Shown here piece by piece: positions 1 to 8,246 of a stretch of DNA of 64,000 nucleotides. A program made the translations under genes and the position numbers. The first letter of the stretch is position 1. Each line of letters opens with the position of its first letter. The stretch lies in contig JACQOF010000127.1 in the NCBI GenBank assembly GCA_016202645.1, positions 71,714 to 135,713 on the forward strand. Direction: 5' to 3'. The notes under the pieces are model-generated. The model was given only the letters and a program-made list of their open reading frames with translations, ran no database searches and was not told the origin of the DNA. The stretch comes from a bacterium (lineage in GTDB: Bacteria > Lindowbacteria > 2-12-FULL-62-27).

Positions 1-1179
1 GGTGTAGTTGCCGGTGTATTTTTTGAAGGCGAGGTTGACGAAGGTCGGCGCAAACGCATATCCGAGAGAAAGTCCCCCGAATGCCCGGAAGGATTCGTCG
101 TCGCCGGAGCGGTTGCCGAGGAGCGAACTGTTGACGGTGGTCTGGCGGTCGGGGTCACCGCTCGCCCAGCCGAACTCCGCCGCGACCGACGCGTTGTAGA
201 CGCCGGGAAATCGGTACCGGAGTCCCGCGTCCCAGGCGCCGGCGTTAACCCGCGTCGTGTCGATCTGGTCGCCGGTGGTGTTGGTCGTGCCGTACGCGTG
301 GACGAACTCGCTGAAATAACTGAGCCGGTCCGTGATTTTCCCGTCCATGCCGTATCCGATGAAGGTCGGCTCGTAGATGTGAACCTGGCCGCTCAGGCCG
401 TCGACGGTCCGGAGACCCTTGTACTTGTTTTCCACATAATAGAAATATGGAGTTCCGTAGGCGGAAAAATTCCACTTGAACTCGCCGCCGAAAAAATGTC
501 GGTGCGTGTGGCCGCGGCTCGGGGGGCTGATCGTTCCCGGGTCGTGGTCGTCCGGCGAGCGGTCGGCCTTGACGGCAAAGAGCGTGATGTCGTTTCGCTT
601 GTAATTGGTCTTCACGTGAATCCCGTCCGCCGCCGCGGAATAGGCGATGCCTTTGCCGACCGACACGAACTGCCGGCCAAGCGTCAGCGTCGAGCGCGCG
701 GTCTTGCCCTTGTACTTGCGCTCGTAATACATGAGGTCGACTTCGAGTTCCTTCCACTCGTTGCCCCGGGTGGTGGCCGAATTTTTTTTGCGTTCGGTGT
801 AGGTGGACCGAAGGCGGGTGTAGAATTTGGAGACGCGGCGAAGGTCCACCATGTTGAGAAACAGGTTCAGCTCGTAATCCTTGGAAAATTCCTGCGAGTC
901 CTGCGTGCCGTAGGCGCGGTCGTTGTCGTCGCCGCCGGTATAGGTATACCGGCCCGTCCCGCCGTACTCCATGAACCAGCCGAGACGCTTCACAAGTTCC
1001 GAACCGAGCTTGAGGCTCGCGCCCGTGACTTCCTCCGTCCGGCGAAGTTCCTCCAGACGCTCGATCCGCTCGCGCCGCTCATCCTCGGTTTCGGCGCGCG
1101 CGGACATGGGATATGAACACACCAAGACTCCAACCGCCAAAACCAGGAAAAGGCGGAGCCCTTTGGTTAAATAAGTCAT
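1..1179 (-). CDS. outer-membrane beta-barrel protein (porin/alginate-export-like); C-terminal end runs off the window
   Basis: Absent from the ORF track because there is no stop in the window. My translation from ATG 1179 downward gives a signal peptide (MTYLTKGLRLFLVLAVGVLVCSYPMSARA), an ERRERIERLEELRR coiled coil, then Gly/aromatic-rich strand-like sequence (...YGTPYFYYVENKYKG...GLSLGYAFAPTFVNLAFKKYTGNYT), open to base 1. The listed ORFs 245-757(-) and 298-1116(+) are Arg-rich shadow frames. Confidence 0.6.
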   Translation of the reverse strand, partial: MTYLTKGLRLFLVLAVGVLVCSYPMSARAETEDERRERIERLEELRRTEEVTGASLKLGSELVKRLGWFMEYGGTGRYTYTGGDDNDRAYGTQDSQEFSKDYELNLFLNMVDLRRVSKFYTRLRSTYTERKKNSATTRGNEWKELEVDLMYYERKYKGKTARSTLTLGRQFVSVGKGIAYSAAADGIHVKTNYKRNDITLFAVKADRSPDDHDPGTISPPSRGHTHRHFFGGEFKWNFSAYGTPYFYYVENKYKGLRTVDGLSGQVHIYEPTFIGYGMDGKITDRLSYFSEFVHAYGTTNTTGDQIDTTRVNAGAWDAGLRYRFPGVYNASVAAEFGWASGDPDRQTTVNSSLLGNRSGDDESFRAFGGLSLGYAFAPTFVNLAFKKYTGNYT

Positions 1180-1301
1180 AAACCCGTCGATTCTACTGAG
1201 TTGTTGGGGGAAAGTCAATAAGAATTTCGTGGAGTGAGAAACGGGTCGGTGAATGGGGGCTTCTGATGAGGCAATGGTCAATGAGAAGGCTCAACTCTCA
1301 A

Positions 1302-1346
1302 TTACCAATTCTCAAGTCTCAAGTTTTCAAACTTGAAAATTGGTAA
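1302..1346. repeat. nested stem-loop in an AT-rich divergent intergenic region, with phased CTCAA pentamers
   Basis: TTACCAATT (1302-1310) is complementary to AATTGGTAA (1338-1346). An inner perfect stem CAAGTTT (1320-1326)/AAACTTG (1329-1335) has a 2-nt loop. CTCAA occurs at 1290, 1297, 1311 and 1318 (spacing 7/14/7). Confidence 0.6.
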
Positions 1347-1399
1347 TAAGAAAAGACCTCGCTTTGTGGCAGTGTTCGTGACACTACACGCAAAGGAGG

Positions 1400-1422
1400 T
1401 CGATACGGTCGATACGGTGACA
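1400..1422 (+). repeat. tandem (T)CGATACGG repeats, 2 units, ending GATACGGTGACA (left flank of TA cassette)
   Basis: Read directly: tcgatacggtcgatacggtgaca. A related array lies at 2435-2477. Confidence 0.7.
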
Positions 1423-1573
1423 CATCGGTTTCGCTTCATCCAGTTGACAACTCGTTTCAACGCATTCCCGAACCGATTCCTCTGTCGGGCATTCGCGCAT
1501 TCGGGGTCACACTTGCAGTTTTGCAGTAATGGACGCGGGGCCGGTTTCCGGATCGGATGACGGGTAAAAGGGT

Positions 1574-1600
1574 CTGGATTCCCGCATTCGCGGGAATGAC
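1574..1600 (-). repeat. REP-type hairpin, single unit (CTGGATTCCCGC-ATTC-GCGGGAATGAC)
   Basis: 8-bp perfect stem ATTCCCGC/GCGGGAAT. Same family as 10397, 18647, 35203, 38488 and 50923. Confidence 0.85.
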
Positions 1601-1636
1601 GGATGGCGAGAATGGACAAAAAAATACACGGCAAAT

Positions 1637-1665
1637 TTGACTTGATGTTGAATATAATCTACAAT
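1637..1665 (+). promoter_or_regulatory. sigma70-like promoter TTGACT-17 nt-TACAAT, placing the predicted transcription start on the toxin ATG (leaderless)
   Basis: TTGACT at 1637-1642, 17-nt spacer, TACAAT at 1660-1665. The A of ATG 1672 is 7 nt after the -10 element, and no Shine-Dalgarno sequence fits between them. Confidence 0.5.
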
Positions 1666-1671
1666 CATTAA

Positions 1672-2013
1672 ATGGAAGCCGTGCCACGGACTCTTTATTA
1701 TTTTGAGGAGACCAAAGGAAGGTATCCTTACAGAGAATGGCTCATGGGTCTGAAGAATACGGCCGATATTGCCAAGTTGGACGTCAGGTTGACCAAGCTG
1801 ATGTTGGGCAATTTTGGCAAATGGCGGGCCGTGGGTGAGGGAGTTATTGAACTCAAGGAAGATTTTGGGCCGGGGTACAGGATATACGTCGCCGAAGACG
1901 GTCCAGTGATCGTGGTAATTCTGTGTGGAGGGGACAAAAGCACGCAGACGGCGGACATTAAAAGAGCCAAGGAATACTGGAGGACATACAAATCCAGAAA
2001 GAGAGGCAACTGA
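1672..2013 (+). CDS. type II toxin, addiction-module killer protein (RelE/ParE superfamily, HigB-like)
   Basis: 113 aa. YYFEETKGRYPYREWL...GNFGKWRAVGEGVIELKEDFGPGYRIYV is the typical killer-protein pattern. The toxin-first order and 1-nt gap to the antidote gene also fit. Confidence 0.8.
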   Translation: MEAVPRTLYYFEETKGRYPYREWLMGLKNTADIAKLDVRLTKLMLGNFGKWRAVGEGVIELKEDFGPGYRIYVAEDGPVIVVILCGGDKSTQTADIKRAKEYWRTYKSRKRGN

Positions 2014-2014
2014 C

Positions 2015-2308
2015 ATGCCCAAACTGACATTCAAGGAAGATCTGGTAGAACGTCTCAAGAAACCGAAGGCGGCCCAGGCATATTTGGACGCGGCCGTGGC
2101 GGATGGGGATCCGGCGCTGTTTCTCGAGGCGCTGAAAAATGTGGCGGAGGCCCATGGAGGCATGAGTCTTGTTGCAAGGAAAGTCCGGCTGGACCGGGCC
2201 GGCTTGTACAGGATGTTCTCCGCGAACGGAAACCCAACCTACAAAAATTTGCGACACGTTTTGGAGGCGTTGGGATACAGATTCAAAATCGAAAAAATTG
2301 GGGCCTGA
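2015..2308 (+). CDS. addiction-module antidote protein, HTH (HigA-like)
   Basis: Start taken at ATG 2015 (MPKLTFKEDLVERLKKPKAAQAYLDAA...), just after the toxin stop at 2011-2013. The HTH segment is GMSLVARKVRLDRAGLYRMFSANGNPT. The track ORF 1925-2308 has the same frame with an overlapping N-extension. Confidence 0.8.
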   Translation: MPKLTFKEDLVERLKKPKAAQAYLDAAVADGDPALFLEALKNVAEAHGGMSLVARKVRLDRAGLYRMFSANGNPTYKNLRHVLEALGYRFKIEKIGA

Positions 2309-2434
2309 TGGTTGCGCGTGCCCTGGCTTATGGAAAATATTTTTTTGGGATCAGGCGTTCAGACGATAAAATCTGTCGAGTAGGCCGGGCAGGGCAATTG
2401 GAGACCCTGCCGGCCCCTCACGGATCCCTGCACG

Positions 2435-2477
2435 TCTATACGGTGATACGGTGATACGGTGATATGATACGGTGTCA
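2435..2477 (+). repeat. tandem GATACGGT octamer array (about 5 units), ending GATACGGTGTCA (right flank of TA cassette)
   Basis: Read directly: tctatacggtgatacggtgatacggtgatatgatacggtgtca. Confidence 0.7.
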
Positions 2478-2501
2478 TTCTTCTACATTGCTACATTCAC
2501 C

Positions 2502-3029
2502 TTATTCCCGAAGATTCATCTTCCGCAATTTCGGCCGGATCACGACCTGGCAGTAGGGGGCGCCGCGATTTCCGCGGTAGTAGTCCTGGTGGTAGTCCTC
2601 CGCGGGGTGGAATTCCTTGAGCGGGACGATTTCGGTGACGATCGGGTCCTTGAAAAGTTTTTCGGCCGCGCGGAGGGATTTTTCCGCCAGCTTCTTCTGC
2701 TTTTCATCGTGATACAAAATCACAGACCGGTACTGCGTGCCCTCGTCCGCGCCCTGACGGTCCGGGGTGGTGGGGTCGTGGCATTGCCAGAAAACGTCGA
2801 GGAGCTGTTCGTAGGAAATTTTCGCCGGGTCGTAGGCGACCTGCACGACTTCCGCGTGGCCGGTGGTTCCAGCGCAGACATCCTCGTACGTCGGCTGGGG
2901 ATGTTTGCCGCCCGCGTAGCCGCTCGTCACGTCATCGACGCCCGGCAACTGCTCGAAAACCGCTTCAAGACACCAGAAACACCCGCCGCCGAAGGTCGCG
3001 CGGGCGGTCTTTTCGGAAAACGGATTCAT
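2502..3029 (-). CDS. msrA: peptide-methionine (S)-S-oxide reductase
   Basis: ATFGGGCFWCLEAVF...SGYAGG...PTYEDVC...GHAEVVQVAYDP is the canonical MsrA active-site region. Confidence 0.95.
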   Translation of the reverse strand: MNPFSEKTARATFGGGCFWCLEAVFEQLPGVDDVTSGYAGGKHPQPTYEDVCAGTTGHAEVVQVAYDPAKISYEQLLDVFWQCHDPTTPDRQGADEGTQYRSVILYHDEKQKKLAEKSLRAAEKLFKDPIVTEIVPLKEFHPAEDYHQDYYRGNRGAPYCQVVIRPKLRKMNLRE

Positions 3030-3134
3030 GACGGCCCGAGTGTTCTTGCCGCCAGGCCCACGGTCAAGCCCCCATGCCCGGGACTGGTCTGCTCATATTC
3101 CTATAAAAAAGTCTTGACTTTTTTTCAGTGATGT

Positions 3135-4355
3135 GTGAACACTTCAGGGATGAGATATCTGGCGGATGAGCTTGGGAGAATCCTGGACAAAGAGCGGAAA
3201 ATGGCGTTTGTAGCCGGGCCGCGGCAGGTGGGAAAAACCACTCTGGCGAAGTTTCTGCTGAAGGCGGTGGGGAGCGACGGGTATTTCAACTGGGACATTG
3301 AGACGCACCGACGGGCGATCATCAAAAACCCGGTTGATTTTTGGTCAAGCTCGGCGCCGACCCGCATCGTGCTTGACGAGATTCACAAATATCCGAGATG
3401 GAAACGGTTTTTAAAGGGTCTGTATGACGAGGCGGCCGAATCGGTGCAAATGATTGTGACCGGCAGCGGACGGCTCGACATCTACCAGCGCGGCGGCGAT
3501 TCTCTCCTGGGCCGATACGGCCTCTATCGCCTCCATCCCTTTACGGTCGCCGAGCTTCTGGCAAAAAATCGCCGCAGCATTCTGCCGCCCGACCGGTGCC
3601 TGAATCTCATTTTGTCGGATCCTCCCCCGCCGGGCGCGAAAGAGGCATTGGAGTCCATTGAAACATTCACCGGATTTCCGGAACCGCTCTTTGCCTCAAG
3701 CGTCTCCCGGCTTCGGCGCTGGCGCGGGGCCCGGCGCCAACTCGTGCTGAAGGAGGATCTCCGGGATTTGACGCGCATCCGGGAACTCGGCCTGATCGAG
3801 ACCCTTGTGGCGATGCTTCCGGAGCGGGTCGGATCTCCGCTCTCTTTGAACTCGCTTCGGGAGGACCTGGGCGTGGCGTTCGGGACGGTGAGGGATTGGG
3901 TGCGGGCGCTCGGCCGTCTATACTATATTTTTGAGATCCGGCCCTATGCGGGGAATCTGGCCCGGGCCCTGCGCCGGGAGGCCAAGGTCTATCTTTTCGA
4001 TGGATCGGATATCGAGGGCACGGGCGCCAGGTTTGAAAATCTCGTCGCGCTGCATCTTCACAAGGCCTGCGACGCGTGGACCGATCTGGGATTCGGCGAA
4101 TGCGCGCTCCATTACGTGCGGGACAAGGAAAAACGGGAGGCAGATTTTTTGGTCGTGAAGGACAAAAAACCATGGCTTCTGATCGAGACCAAACAATCTT
4201 CGTCATCCCCGGCCCCGGCCTTGAAGTATTTCCGGGAGCGCCTCAAGGCTCCCCACGCGTATCAACTCGTCCGCGACGCGCCGCCGGCGTTCCTGGCGAA
4301 ACGGCACGGCGTTACGGTTGTATCGGCCGCGCGCTTTCTGGCTCGGCTGCCGTAG
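3135..4355 (+). CDS. AAA-family ATPase with DUF4143-type C-terminal domain
   Basis: Walker A GPRQVGKTTLAK, Walker B IVLDEIHKY, and a C-terminal EADFLVVKDKKPWLLIETK restriction-endonuclease-like tail typical of the AAA_14/DUF4143 family. ATG 3150 is an alternative start. Confidence 0.75.
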   Translation: MNTSGMRYLADELGRILDKERKMAFVAGPRQVGKTTLAKFLLKAVGSDGYFNWDIETHRRAIIKNPVDFWSSSAPTRIVLDEIHKYPRWKRFLKGLYDEAAESVQMIVTGSGRLDIYQRGGDSLLGRYGLYRLHPFTVAELLAKNRRSILPPDRCLNLILSDPPPPGAKEALESIETFTGFPEPLFASSVSRLRRWRGARRQLVLKEDLRDLTRIRELGLIETLVAMLPERVGSPLSLNSLREDLGVAFGTVRDWVRALGRLYYIFEIRPYAGNLARALRREAKVYLFDGSDIEGTGARFENLVALHLHKACDAWTDLGFGECALHYVRDKEKREADFLVVKDKKPWLLIETKQSSSSPAPALKYFRERLKAPHAYQLVRDAPPAFLAKRHGVTVVSAARFLARLP

Positions 4356-5799
4356 AGCAAACAGCGGGCGCCACAAGCGCTCTCGCCGCCAATCCCGCGG
4401 TCAAGACCAGGAGGGCGATTCCGGCGAGGATGGCGGGGCCGCCCGACTGAACCCACCAGATCTTGGCGCCTGTAGGATCTTCGAGAAAGATCTGCAGGTA
4501 GCCGATGAACCTTGGGGGAGCGGTCTCAAACTGCCCGGCCCAGCGGCGGTAGGCGACGCCGTATTCCAGACAGCCGATGATCTGCGTTAGAAAGGAAACG
4601 CCGAGGACGGCGGCGGCCGGAATGACCGCGGCCGCTCGTCCCCAACGCGGATTGAGGGAAATCCCATCCTGGGATTTCCTGATACTGAAGCATTGGGGAC
4701 TGGACTTCCATGTCCGCTGCAGGGCGAGAAGACATTCCGGGAGCGCCAGATAGGCGAAGGGGACCGCCGGCAGGAGAAAGCGCTGGCCGTAGGAAAGATC
4801 GTATCCGGGCTGGCTGGCGTACCACGTGCCGTAGACGTAGAGGGATATGGCCATGAACAAAAGCGCCGCCCAGGATTCCGCCGGATGCGCGCGGTGGAAT
4901 TTCCGCCAGAAAAGAAGGGACAACACCACCGACAGGGAATAGACCACAAATCCCTTTTCCCACGAAAAGAGCACATGAAGCGCTCCCTGAATAAAGGGCT
5001 GGCTGAACAGATACATTTCGGACTTGTAGCCGGTAGAGAAAAATGAGCCGTAGGCGTGGCGGTTGAAGAGAAGCAAGGCCGCGGCGGTCAGGATCGGCGG
5101 GATCAGGCCCGCCAGGAACTGGCGGCGGCATGTTTCCGGGGTGAATCGCCCCGCTTTCCAGACCCCATATATATATAGAGAGAAGGGCGCCAGAAACAGT
5201 ACGGTGTCGGGACGGACGGCCACGGAGGCCGCGAAACAGGCGCCGGCGAATGCGGCCCGCCAGGTCGATGCGGTACCCAGCGTCCGGATGGCGTAGAACG
5301 CGGCAAACAAGAGGACGGTGCAGGAAAGATTACCGAAGAGACTTCGGGAATAGGGCAAAAGTTCGCTGGTGAAAACAAGCAGGAGCGCGGCTGCGGCGGA
5401 GAGCCTTGGGCTGTATCCAAGATGCGTCCACATCCAGAACGCCAGGACGCCCAGGAAAGAGACTGCGAGGGGCCCGAAGAAAAACGCCGCGGTCATGAAC
5501 TTATCCCCCTTCTTCTCAAGCGAATCGGCGGGATCGATAAAGAAAGCGGCAACCGCCGCGAACGGGGTCAGGATGACGGACTGGCCCGGGCCGAATTTGG
5601 GGTACATCCGGCCGGATGGCGCGGTGACGAAAAATTCGGAATGATAAATATCGGCCATCGGGATGTCGATGTCGCCGTGGTCGATGAGGGAGGTCGCGGC
5701 GTAGAGCGGGAGGAGTTCGTCGATTGATTCGGTGTGGATGCCGCGAATGGCGAGGGTCAGGCACAGGCCGCAGAGGAAAATCGAGAGCGGGCGGTTCAT
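4312..5799 (-). CDS. polytopic membrane GT-C glycosyltransferase-like protein (ArnT/PMT family 39-like)
   Basis: 495 aa with more than 10 hydrophobic segments and an acidic first loop (ESIDELLPLYAATSLIDHGDIDIP...KFGPGQS). Paralogous in pattern to 10491-12068. Its ATG overlaps the upstream stop (ATGA). Confidence 0.55.
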   Translation of the reverse strand: MNRPLSIFLCGLCLTLAIRGIHTESIDELLPLYAATSLIDHGDIDIPMADIYHSEFFVTAPSGRMYPKFGPGQSVILTPFAAVAAFFIDPADSLEKKGDKFMTAAFFFGPLAVSFLGVLAFWMWTHLGYSPRLSAAAALLLVFTSELLPYSRSLFGNLSCTVLLFAAFYAIRTLGTASTWRAAFAGACFAASVAVRPDTVLFLAPFSLYIYGVWKAGRFTPETCRRQFLAGLIPPILTAAALLLFNRHAYGSFFSTGYKSEMYLFSQPFIQGALHVLFSWEKGFVVYSLSVVLSLLFWRKFHRAHPAESWAALLFMAISLYVYGTWYASQPGYDLSYGQRFLLPAVPFAYLALPECLLALQRTWKSSPQCFSIRKSQDGISLNPRWGRAAAVIPAAAVLGVSFLTQIIGCLEYGVAYRRWAGQFETAPPRFIGYLQIFLEDPTGAKIWWVQSGGPAILAGIALLVLTAGLAARALVAPAVCSTAAEPESARPIQP

Positions 5800-6461
5800 G
5801 ATATGCGGAGGCCCAGTTCGGCGTCGAGGCGGTCCGTCGCTTCGGCGAGCGAGCGCTCGGCCGACCGGCGCGCCGGCTCCAGGTCTTTTTCCGGAGGCGG
5901 GGCGATCGGCGGCAGAAATTCGACGACCGCGCGGGCGCCGTCCCTGGGAAGAACAAACCGGTCCCAGCTCGGAAAAACGAACGCGCCGGAGACTGACGCA
6001 GTCACCGGCAGGATGGGCACGCCTCCGAGACGCGCGGCGGCGATGGCGCCGCCCTGAAAAACATGGCGGGGTCCGCGGGGGCCGTCCGGGGTGAAGGCCA
6101 CCGGGCGGCCGGTTTTCAGAAGCCGGGCGGCGGAGAGAAGCACCCGCTGGGCGCCGCGCGAGGTGGATCCCCGGAGGAACTCAATGCCCATCTCCGCGAC
6201 GGCCCGGGTGATGAGTTCGCCGTCGGTGTTTTCGGACGCAAGGATGTGATAGCCCCGGTGACGGAAGAAATAGGCCATGATCAACATCCGGGCATGCCAG
6301 AAGGCGAGCACATGCGGGCGGCCCGAGAGCGGCTCCCAATGTTCCTCCCCGCGGATTTCCCACCGCAGGCTCGAACCGATGTGCTCGATCACCCAGGGCC
6401 CGAACGCGCCGCAGATTCCTTGAAGGAGGCGATCTTTCAGACAGAAGTTTCTCCGGTTCAT
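5796..6461 (-). CDS. DUF374-domain protein (lysophospholipid-acyltransferase-like, common in Kdo/lipid A clusters)
   Basis: The AFWHARMLIM...SENTDGELITR...GSTSRGA...FTPDGPRGPRH pattern, directly downstream of msbA. Confidence 0.7.
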   Translation of the reverse strand: MNRRNFCLKDRLLQGICGAFGPWVIEHIGSSLRWEIRGEEHWEPLSGRPHVLAFWHARMLIMAYFFRHRGYHILASENTDGELITRAVAEMGIEFLRGSTSRGAQRVLLSAARLLKTGRPVAFTPDGPRGPRHVFQGGAIAAARLGGVPILPVTASVSGAFVFPSWDRFVLPRDGARAVVEFLPPIAPPPEKDLEPARRSAERSLAEATDRLDAELGLRIS

Positions 6462-8246
6462 TCAGAGAGATTGGAGCGACACGGCCGTGCGGTAAACGGC
6501 GCACCGCGACATCAGCTCGTCGTGGAGGCCGGCGTCGATGATCCGGCCGTCCTGCATGACGAAGATGCGGTCGCAGGTTTTGACGGTTGAAAGGCGGTGC
6601 GCGACGATCAGGGTGGTGCGGCCGGCCGAGAGTCGTTCGAGCGCGGCCTGGACTTCGCGCTCGGATTCGGAATCGAGGCTCGAGGTCGCTTCGTCCAGAA
6701 TCAGAATCGGCGCGTTTTTGAGAAAGGCCCGCGCGATCGCGATGCGCTGGCGCTGGCCCCCCGAAAGTTTCGATCCGCGATCGCCGAGGACCGTGTCGTA
6801 GCCTTTGGGAAGGGCCGCGATGAAATCGTGCGCGTAGGCGGCGCGCGCCGCTTCTTCCGCTTCCGCGCGGGCCGCGTCCGGGCGGCCGTAGAGAATGTTG
6901 GCGAGGGCGGAGTCGTTGAAGAGAACAATGTCCTGGGTGACGGTGGCCAGGAGCGACCTCAGGGAACGCGGGGCGAGGTCACAGAGGGAGGTCCCGTCCA
7001 GCGCGATGCTTCCGGCGGTCGGATCGATCAGTCTCGGGATCAGCATCATCAGCGTCGATTTCCCGGCGCCGCTCATGCCGACGAACGCGACCCGCTCGCC
7101 GCGGCGGACCGCGAACGTGATGTCTTTGAGGACTTCGGCGCGCGTGCCGTCGTAGACGAACCCGACGCCGTGGAAGGACAAGTCCCGCTCGAACACCGCC
7201 GGGCGGCCGGCGTCGAGGTCCGGAGACTCCGGCGCATCCAGAAATCCGAAAATCCGCTCGGCGGCGGCCTCGCCCTGCTGGTAGATGTTGTAGAGGTTGG
7301 TGAGATGCTTGACCGGCTTGTAGCTGGAAATCACGCAGGCCATGAAGGCGAAGAATGACCCGCCGGTGAGTTCGCCGGTGACGACGAGATAGCCTCCGTA
7401 ATAAATCGCGAACGCGGCGCCGATGCCGCCGAGAAAAACCATCAGGGGGCCGGACATCGACGAGATCCGGGCCTGCTTCATGCTCCACCGGAAATATCCC
7501 TCGACTTCGCGGGCGTAGCGGCCGCGCTCCGCGTCCTCCTGGCCGAATATCCGCACGATTTTCATGCCGCCGATTTTTTCGGTGAGGCGCTGGGTCAGGT
7601 CCTCGATCTGGCTCTGCGCGCCGTGCGTGGCGCGCTTCATCTTGCGGCCGAACAGGGCGATGAGGCCGCCGATCAGGGGGAAAACCAGAAAGGCGATGAG
7701 CGACAGCCGGACCGGGGCGAGCGTGAAGGCGAGGCTTACGAGAAACACGATCACGATCGGCTGAAGGATCGTGTCGGTGACGACCCGGATGAGGGCGCCG
7801 TAGACGAGGCCGACGTCGTTCAGGCTCACGGAAATCAATTTTCCGGCGCGCTCGCCTTCGAGAAATTCCATCGGCATTTGCGTGTATTTTTTGAAGAGGT
7901 CATTGCGGAGTTTCTGAAGGATCCGGTGGCCCACGCGGGTCATCAAATACTCCTGGCCGAACTGCGCGGCGGACTTGATGAAGAAAACGGCGGAGACGAA
8001 CACGGACAGCGCGAGGAGCAGGCGGAGACGGTCGAACTCGAGACGCCAGCCGAAATACGGAAGAGTGACGGCGAGGTCCGCGGTGGGCGTGAAGATTTTG
8101 TCGAGAACGGGTTTGATGGTCCAGATCGAGAACGCATGGAAAAAAGCGAAGAGCACCATGCAGAAAATGGCGACGGCCAGCGCGCCCCGGTGGGGGACGA
8201 GATACTGGACCATCCGCATGCCGGTCGACGGGGGCGGGCGGTTCAT
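6462..8246 (-). CDS. msbA: lipid A export ABC transporter, permease/ATPase
   Basis: A 6-TM domain followed by Walker A GMSGAGKST, signature LSGGQRQR and Walker B ILILDEATS. Start set at ATG 8246 (MNRPPPS...), overlapping the lpxB stop as ATGA. The 174 upstream ORF codons are Arg/Pro-rich and overlap lpxB. Confidence 0.85.
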   Translation of the reverse strand: MNRPPPSTGMRMVQYLVPHRGALAVAIFCMVLFAFFHAFSIWTIKPVLDKIFTPTADLAVTLPYFGWRLEFDRLRLLLALSVFVSAVFFIKSAAQFGQEYLMTRVGHRILQKLRNDLFKKYTQMPMEFLEGERAGKLISVSLNDVGLVYGALIRVVTDTILQPIVIVFLVSLAFTLAPVRLSLIAFLVFPLIGGLIALFGRKMKRATHGAQSQIEDLTQRLTEKIGGMKIVRIFGQEDAERGRYAREVEGYFRWSMKQARISSMSGPLMVFLGGIGAAFAIYYGGYLVVTGELTGGSFFAFMACVISSYKPVKHLTNLYNIYQQGEAAAERIFGFLDAPESPDLDAGRPAVFERDLSFHGVGFVYDGTRAEVLKDITFAVRRGERVAFVGMSGAGKSTLMMLIPRLIDPTAGSIALDGTSLCDLAPRSLRSLLATVTQDIVLFNDSALANILYGRPDAARAEAEEAARAAYAHDFIAALPKGYDTVLGDRGSKLSGGQRQRIAIARAFLKNAPILILDEATSSLDSESEREVQAALERLSAGRTTLIVAHRLSTVKTCDRIFVMQDGRIIDAGLHDELMSRCAVYRTAVSLQSL

